Origin: a virus
Taxonomy: Duplodnaviria; Caudoviricetes
Length of the DNA: 39,207 bases
Strand: one strand, 5' to 3'
Virus record (IMG/VR): IMGVR_UViG_3300017747_003784
Coordinates: 1 to 39,207 of that record
The position numbers were made by a program, and so were the translations under genes. Shown here piece by piece: positions 34,956 through 39,207 of the stretch. A model generated the notes under the pieces. It was not told the origin of the DNA, did not search any database, and saw only the letters and a program-made list of their open reading frames with translations. The stretch's first letter is position 1. Every line of letters starts with the position of its first letter.

Positions 34956-35189
34956 TCATCGTCGTTTGGTAGACCGGAACACGATAACCGCGTGCCTGCC
35001 CTGTTTCGCAAGCCCTTCGGACAGTTCCCCCGCTTTCGTGAGCCTAAAGAGAATCTTGCGGGTGTGCGAGTCGGACTCCAGTTGCAGGGCCGTCCGCACA
35101 TCGGTCACACTCCGCGTCTTCCCGTCTGTCATCAGGGTACGGACCTTGACCTCCACCGGCGCGAACACGCTCCAATCCTTCGCTTTCAT
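34956..35189 (-). CDS. Small winged-helix DNA-binding protein
   Basis: SVTDVRTALQL..SHTRKIL.RL.KAGEL pattern; AGGAG RBS; ATGA coupling. Confidence 0.65.
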   Translation of the reverse strand: MKAKDWSVFAPVEVKVRTLMTDGKTRSVTDVRTALQLESDSHTRKILFRLTKAGELSEGLAKQGRHAVIVFRSTKRR

Positions 35190-35911
35190 GAAATGCTCCT
35201 GAACTCGGTGGGCAAGTGCCAAACCCCCCCAACCCTCCGGGCAAGGTGAACCGTCGTATGGCCGCTGGGGAGGATTTCGCCGTATGCCCAGCCGTTCTCG
35301 TGGCGCAGGGTGCCGAGGGAGCGGGAGTTGTATTTCAAATCGACCTTGCACAGACACCCACTAGAGAAGGCTTCCCGAACGTCTATCCCGTCGATCCTGA
35401 CCGATTCCGCCCGGTGGATATGCCCGTGGAGTACCCGCCCATAGACAGCCGCAGCCCGGCGTACAGCGTTCTCGCCGTGGCTGAACCCATGAATCACTTT
35501 CAGGTTGCCTATCTGGATAAACTGTCGCTTGTCGTAGGGAATGACGACTTTGGCGGTTTTTACCGCGTCCTCCATTTCCTCGATCATCCGCTCGGCTTGG
35601 ACCCTCACGTTGGCGTTCGGGCAGTCGAGTAGTTGCCAAGCCCTCGCATCGTGATTGCCCCATGCCACATGTGACGGCTTGAATCTCCGCAGGAAGTCAA
35701 GCCCCCATTGGAAGTCTTGCTGGCCTGATTCGTAGCGTTCCCCCTCGCTGGCCTTGGTCCGCAGGTGCGAAAAATCGAAGTGATCCCCGCCCGCTACCCG
35801 TATCTCTGGTTTCCACAAAGCGAGGAAGGCCCAGAACGCTCTCATCGTCGGCGGATCGGCGTGGCATCCGTGGCTGTCGAAGGCGGCGATGTAGCGTGTG
35901 GGTTTTTTCAC
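35186..35911 (-). CDS. Calcineurin-like metallophosphoesterase
   Basis: DSH, GGDHFD, GNHD, IHG and GHIH motifs. Confidence 0.9.
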   Translation of the reverse strand: MKKPTRYIAAFDSHGCHADPPTMRAFWAFLALWKPEIRVAGGDHFDFSHLRTKASEGERYESGQQDFQWGLDFLRRFKPSHVAWGNHDARAWQLLDCPNANVRVQAERMIEEMEDAVKTAKVVIPYDKRQFIQIGNLKVIHGFSHGENAVRRAAAVYGRVLHGHIHRAESVRIDGIDVREAFSSGCLCKVDLKYNSRSLGTLRHENGWAYGEILPSGHTTVHLARRVGGVWHLPTEFRSIS

Positions 35912-36408
35912 GCTACCACCCACTTCCAAGCCCTAGCACCCCATATGTTGAGGATCGTTTCTTGAGATACGCCGTACGCGATTCCGAGAGTTAAAGACCG
36001 CTCCTTTCCCTTGAGAGAAAGAATCTCCCGAACCTGCGACTCAGTGAGGCGAGCAGAGCCGTTTTTCTCGCCCACGTTCACGCACGCTTGCGGGTCTCTG
36101 ATGCTTGCGGCTCTGCCCTTTGCCCACATATCCCGAGCGTTGTCGGCGTGTGTGCCCAAGCCCAAATGAGAGGGATTAACACAGAGTCGGTTGTCGCACG
36201 AGTGCATGACGACTTGGCCTTTCTCCACTTTCGTCCCGCATATCTGCAGCGAAATACGGTGGGCCTTAACTTCCGTATGCCCGCGTCCGCTGAAATAGAA
36301 ACGGCCATACCCGTATGCGTCTATTGGACCCGTCCACTCCCAGCACCCCTTCGGATGCGGTCCCTTGTTCACCTTCGCCCAGAAACGCTCGGCAATCGGC
36401 TTCTTCAC
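35908..36408 (-). CDS. HNH endonuclease with C-terminal HTH
   Basis: RFWAKV..GCWEWTG...YGYG..AHRIS..VMHSCDNRLCVNPSHL..GT..DN..DM; GEKNG.ARLT. Confidence 0.92.
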   Translation of the reverse strand: MKKPIAERFWAKVNKGPHPKGCWEWTGPIDAYGYGRFYFSGRGHTEVKAHRISLQICGTKVEKGQVVMHSCDNRLCVNPSHLGLGTHADNARDMWAKGRAASIRDPQACVNVGEKNGSARLTESQVREILSLKGKERSLTLGIAYGVSQETILNIWGARAWKWVVA

Positions 36409-36577
36409 GCACACCCCCGTTATCGTGACGGTGTTAATGGCACGCAGCATGATAGCGTATTCACGGGTGGTTCGGCTAGGGCTTATTCTGCGCGGTATGG
36501 GTGAACGGAACCCGACCAGATAGACCCCTGCCTAGGGGTATCGGTGAAGAATCCGAGTCTGAGTGAATCCAGCGGGC

Positions 36578-36606
36578 TTGACAAGCCGAAGAACATTCGG
36601 TAGACT
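36578..36606 (+). promoter_or_regulatory. sigma70-type early promoter
   Basis: TTGACA-17 nt-TAGACT; CCGAA-N5-TTCGG palindrome in the spacer. Confidence 0.75.
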
Positions 36607-36645
36607 TCGGTATCAGTAGGTAACCCCAAGCGAAAGGAACGAACA

Positions 36646-36849
36646 ATGAACGCGACACGCAAGACAGTGAAGGCAGAAGTGGGCAAGTCGTACACCTTCA
36701 TCAATCGTAAAGGCGGGGAGGTCATGTCTGGTCTGTGCCTTAAGGTTTCCGGTTTCGGTCGGTACGTGACTATGGGGGTCGGTTCGCAGACCCACTACAT
36801 CTTTCGCCACATGGTGATTGCCGAGACTTCAATGCGAATCTCTCTCTAA
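36646..36849 (+). CDS. First early hypothetical protein
   Basis: GAAAGGA RBS; directly downstream of the promoter. Confidence 0.7.
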   Translation: MNATRKTVKAEVGKSYTFINRKGGEVMSGLCLKVSGFGRYVTMGVGSQTHYIFRHMVIAETSMRISL

Positions 36850-36934
36850 CTCCCCTCCCCTCCGCCCCAACGGGCAGACGGGGGATTGAATCGGAACCTA
36901 GACCCCTGAGAGGTGGGGACACGGAGTAGGAAAC

Positions 36935-37321
36935 GTGGAAACTAAGACGACACAGAACCGCGACCGGCTGAATGCGATACTGGAAACGCTCGACCCCAAG
37001 AGCCAACTCGCAAGCGAGATTCGGTACTGGCAGAGTGACGTAGGCATGGTGGACGAGAACGACAATCCTCGCACACCCGACCTTGCCGAGTGCTTCGATA
37101 ACGTCGAGAGCATTGCAACCGACAACTGCCAGACCTACATCATCAACCAGTGTCGGGATATTCTGATCCGGTCTGGGTACTACCGGGTGATGGCGGCGCA
37201 TGAAGTGGAAAACACGGTGGTTTACTCAACCAGTGGACGCAGTACGAAGGTGTGGAACTTCAAGATTAAGGGCGTTCCGTACACCGCCGACGATTCCTTC
37301 TCGGTGTGGCTCTCCAAGTAA
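36935..37321 (+). CDS. Hypothetical protein
   Basis: GGAG/AGGA RBS; GTG start. Confidence 0.75.
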   Translation: METKTTQNRDRLNAILETLDPKSQLASEIRYWQSDVGMVDENDNPRTPDLAECFDNVESIATDNCQTYIINQCRDILIRSGYYRVMAAHEVENTVVYSTSGRSTKVWNFKIKGVPYTADDSFSVWLSK

Positions 37322-37390
37322 CCTACTCCCCCGCACGGCCCGCAGAAATGCCCCGTGCGGCTTGCCCGAAACCCTAGCGAAAGGAAAACG

Positions 37391-37804
37391 ATGAACCCGA
37401 ACGAAGCGGCGAAGCGGATTGGCACAGAGTTGGGGCAGAGCAACCCGAGGGGGGATGCGCGGTTGGCGGAGGCACTTGCCCAGCCGACGACGCAGCACAC
37501 AGAGGTTCTTTGTGTCAAGGATCATGGTTCAATGTGGCCCACTCTCTACGTAGAGGGCACTAGCGTCAGAGTTGGTGATGTTGAGGGCACTAGCGCGACG
37601 GGCGGGAACGCCGTTGCGACCGCTCACCGCCTAGCACTCTGCTGGAACTCACACGCCGATCTGCTGGAGGCGTGTAAGAGTCTTGTTCTGTGGGCCAACG
37701 ATCCGACCGAGCAGGGTTACAACAACCGCTGTGCTGCCGTATCTTCCGCCCGCTCCGCAATCGCCAAGGCCACCCCGCCGAATGTTCCCCCCGTTTCCCC
37801 TTGA
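37391..37804 (+). CDS. Hypothetical protein with 'A.RL...N.H.DLLEAC' motif
   Basis: GAAAGGA RBS; motif widespread in phage accessory proteins. Confidence 0.75.
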   Translation: MNPNEAAKRIGTELGQSNPRGDARLAEALAQPTTQHTEVLCVKDHGSMWPTLYVEGTSVRVGDVEGTSATGGNAVATAHRLALCWNSHADLLEACKSLVLWANDPTEQGYNNRCAAVSSARSAIAKATPPNVPPVSP

Positions 37805-37828
37805 CACCGAAGGACTACCCGCTAGGAT
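37801..37828 (+). promoter_or_regulatory. sigma70-type promoter (near-leaderless transcript)
   Basis: TTGACA-16 nt-TAGGAT; ATG 37835 follows 6 nt later. Confidence 0.6.
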
Positions 37829-37834
37829 CAACCC

Positions 37835-38041
37835 ATGACAAAGACCAAAGCCAAAAAGAACAACGCCGCGAACGCTTGGGTGGGAACCCTCTCCCTCTCA
37901 TCGCTCACCGAACTCCACACGGCAACCGGCCTGCCCAAGTCCACCCTTGTTTGGGCTGGGCTGGAACTATTCCGCACAGCAGGAACAACCGTCCGCGCCG
38001 AAGTCATCGCCAAGCACTCGAAAGCGAAAGGAAGCAAGTGA
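37835..38041 (+). CDS. Ribbon-helix-helix-like regulator
   Basis: LTELHTATGLPKSTLVWAGLELF resembles CopG/Arc helices. Confidence 0.5.
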   Translation: MTKTKAKKNNAANAWVGTLSLSSLTELHTATGLPKSTLVWAGLELFRTAGTTVRAEVIAKHSKAKGSK

Positions 38042-38346
38042 GCGACACCTACGACGGCATGAATCCCAGCGACAACCCGCAAGGGGCTACGGCAATCCCT
38101 CCCCGTCCCCGCGACCCCTCCGAGGATTACGACTTGATGGGAACAATCGTCCAGCCCCTTCCGACCGACAATCTAGCCTATGCGATCTTGTCGGTATACG
38201 GGAGCGGCGTTGAGCCGGGACTGTCCGACTGCGATAGTCACGCTGACGCTACGCGGAAACTCGAAAAGTGGAACGCTGAACACCCATACGTGAATCACTA
38301 CATCGTGGCCGTTCCCGTCCCCGCCTACATCAAGCCCAAGAAGTAA
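38038..38346 (+). CDS. Hypothetical protein
   Basis: GAAAGGA RBS; GTGA coupling. Confidence 0.65.
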   Translation: MSDTYDGMNPSDNPQGATAIPPRPRDPSEDYDLMGTIVQPLPTDNLAYAILSVYGSGVEPGLSDCDSHADATRKLEKWNAEHPYVNHYIVAVPVPAYIKPKK

Positions 38347-38367
38347 CCCCTCTCGAAAGGAGGACCG

Positions 38368-38556
38368 ATGGTTTGCGAAAACTGTGGCTCTAACGAAACC
38401 GAGTTCGAGGAATCGAAAACGGATAAGAGCGTTGTCGGCGGCAAGGTGAATATCTGGCGTTGCGTAGATTGCGGGCAAGTGACTGAGGATGTACCCGCTG
38501 AGGTTTACGACGAAATGCGCGACCGGGAAATGACCGAGAGAGCGGGGTCGGAATGA
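38368..38556 (+). CDS. Small zinc-ribbon protein
   Basis: CENCG...CVDCG; AAGGAGG RBS. Confidence 0.75.
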   Translation: MVCENCGSNETEFEESKTDKSVVGGKVNIWRCVDCGQVTEDVPAEVYDEMRDREMTERAGSE

Positions 38557-39207
38557 ACCCACTACCAGTACCGGGCGTTCACCAGAACGTACCAGAGAAG
38601 ATTTACCGAGCGTGGCCCGTCCCTTCGCAGTCGATCCTGAAAGCAGGTGAGACAGCCCTAGACATGAAGTACGCGGAGGATCACCCTGAGCCGTCAACAC
38701 GCGAGCAGATCATCGGCACGGCGGTTCATTGGGCGTTCTTTGAGCCGGGACGCTACGCATCGGAATGTATCGACGCGCCGACCGTGAACAAGCGGAAGCC
38801 ATCCGAGCGGGAGGACTTGGCGAAGTTCTACGACGATCACCCCGACAAACTGATTCTGGATGGTGACGAGCGGGCGAAGATTGAGACTTGGGCCGCAAAC
38901 CTGCGGGAGCATCCAGCCGCGTCCTACCTGATCGACCTGCCGGGAGAATCGGAAGTCTCTCTGTTGTGGCGGGACAAAGAGACAGGCCAGAACGTCAAGG
39001 GGCGTATCGACAGACTCCCAAATGACGGGCCGATCATCGACCTTAAGACCTGTGCCGCAATCACCGATAGGGCACTAGATACATCCGTTGAGAGGTTCGG
39101 GTATCACTTTCAGGCCGCTTGCTACACGGACGGGGTAGAAGCCGTGGGCCGTGGAGCAAGGGACTTCCTGATCGTGTGGCTACTGAAAGAGCCACCGTTT
39201 CACGTTA
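38553..39207 (+). CDS. N-terminal part of RecE-like PD-(D/E)XK exonuclease (absent from ORF track because it runs off the window end)
   Basis: MNPLPVPG...SQS.LK...GTAVH...E.S..W.D...G...KGRID...IIDLKT...YHFQAA; joins 124-311. Confidence 0.88.
   Translation, partial: MNPLPVPGVHQNVPEKIYRAWPVPSQSILKAGETALDMKYAEDHPEPSTREQIIGTAVHWAFFEPGRYASECIDAPTVNKRKPSEREDLAKFYDDHPDKLILDGDERAKIETWAANLREHPAASYLIDLPGESEVSLLWRDKETGQNVKGRIDRLPNDGPIIDLKTCAAITDRALDTSVERFGYHFQAACYTDGVEAVGRGARDFLIVWLLKEPPFHV
39085..39207. repeat. Terminal direct repeat, copy 2
   Basis: Identical to 1-123. Confidence 0.97.

Noticed and set aside
1-39207. CRISPR array, tRNA genes, integrase, stop-codon reassignment
   Set aside because: No spaced repeats, cloverleafs or recombinase motifs seen; core genes are intact in the standard code and all three stops are used

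Overview
The window is almost certainly a complete tailed dsDNA phage genome (Caudoviricetes, siphovirus-like) assembled as a circle. Bases 1-123 are repeated exactly at 39085-39207, giving a unit length of 39,084 bp, and a RecE-like exonuclease gene reads through the junction. There are two convergent arms. The rightward arm (about 36646, through the junction, to 10429) carries four TTGACA-type promoters, a RecE/RecT-like recombination pair, many small accessory genes, two HNH endonucleases (one inverted), a minimal replication module and DnaA-domain-IV-like genes. The leftward arm (about 36408 to 10266) carries an HNH/metallophosphoesterase/wHTH block, a promoter-linked ~240-nt structured non-coding region, a sigma-70-family factor bracketed by two paralogous Cys/His genes, terminase, HK97-type head genes, a short-tail module with a 316-aa tape measure and Cys-rich proteins, an atypical lysis region and an SGNH esterase with an inserted carbohydrate-binding module. 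I saw no integrase, CI-type repressor, DNA polymerase, helicase, primase, reverse transcriptase, tRNA or CRISPR array. The style of the tail and Cys-rich proteins suggests a PVC/Planctomycetota-type host, but that is inference only. All family calls come from motif recognition by eye, not database searches. The best novelty candidates are the structured RNA at 34568-34805, the sigma factor with duplicated flanking genes, the dual-frame DnaA-IV locus, the Cys-rich tail protein with its CGC partner, and the non-canonical lysis cassette.
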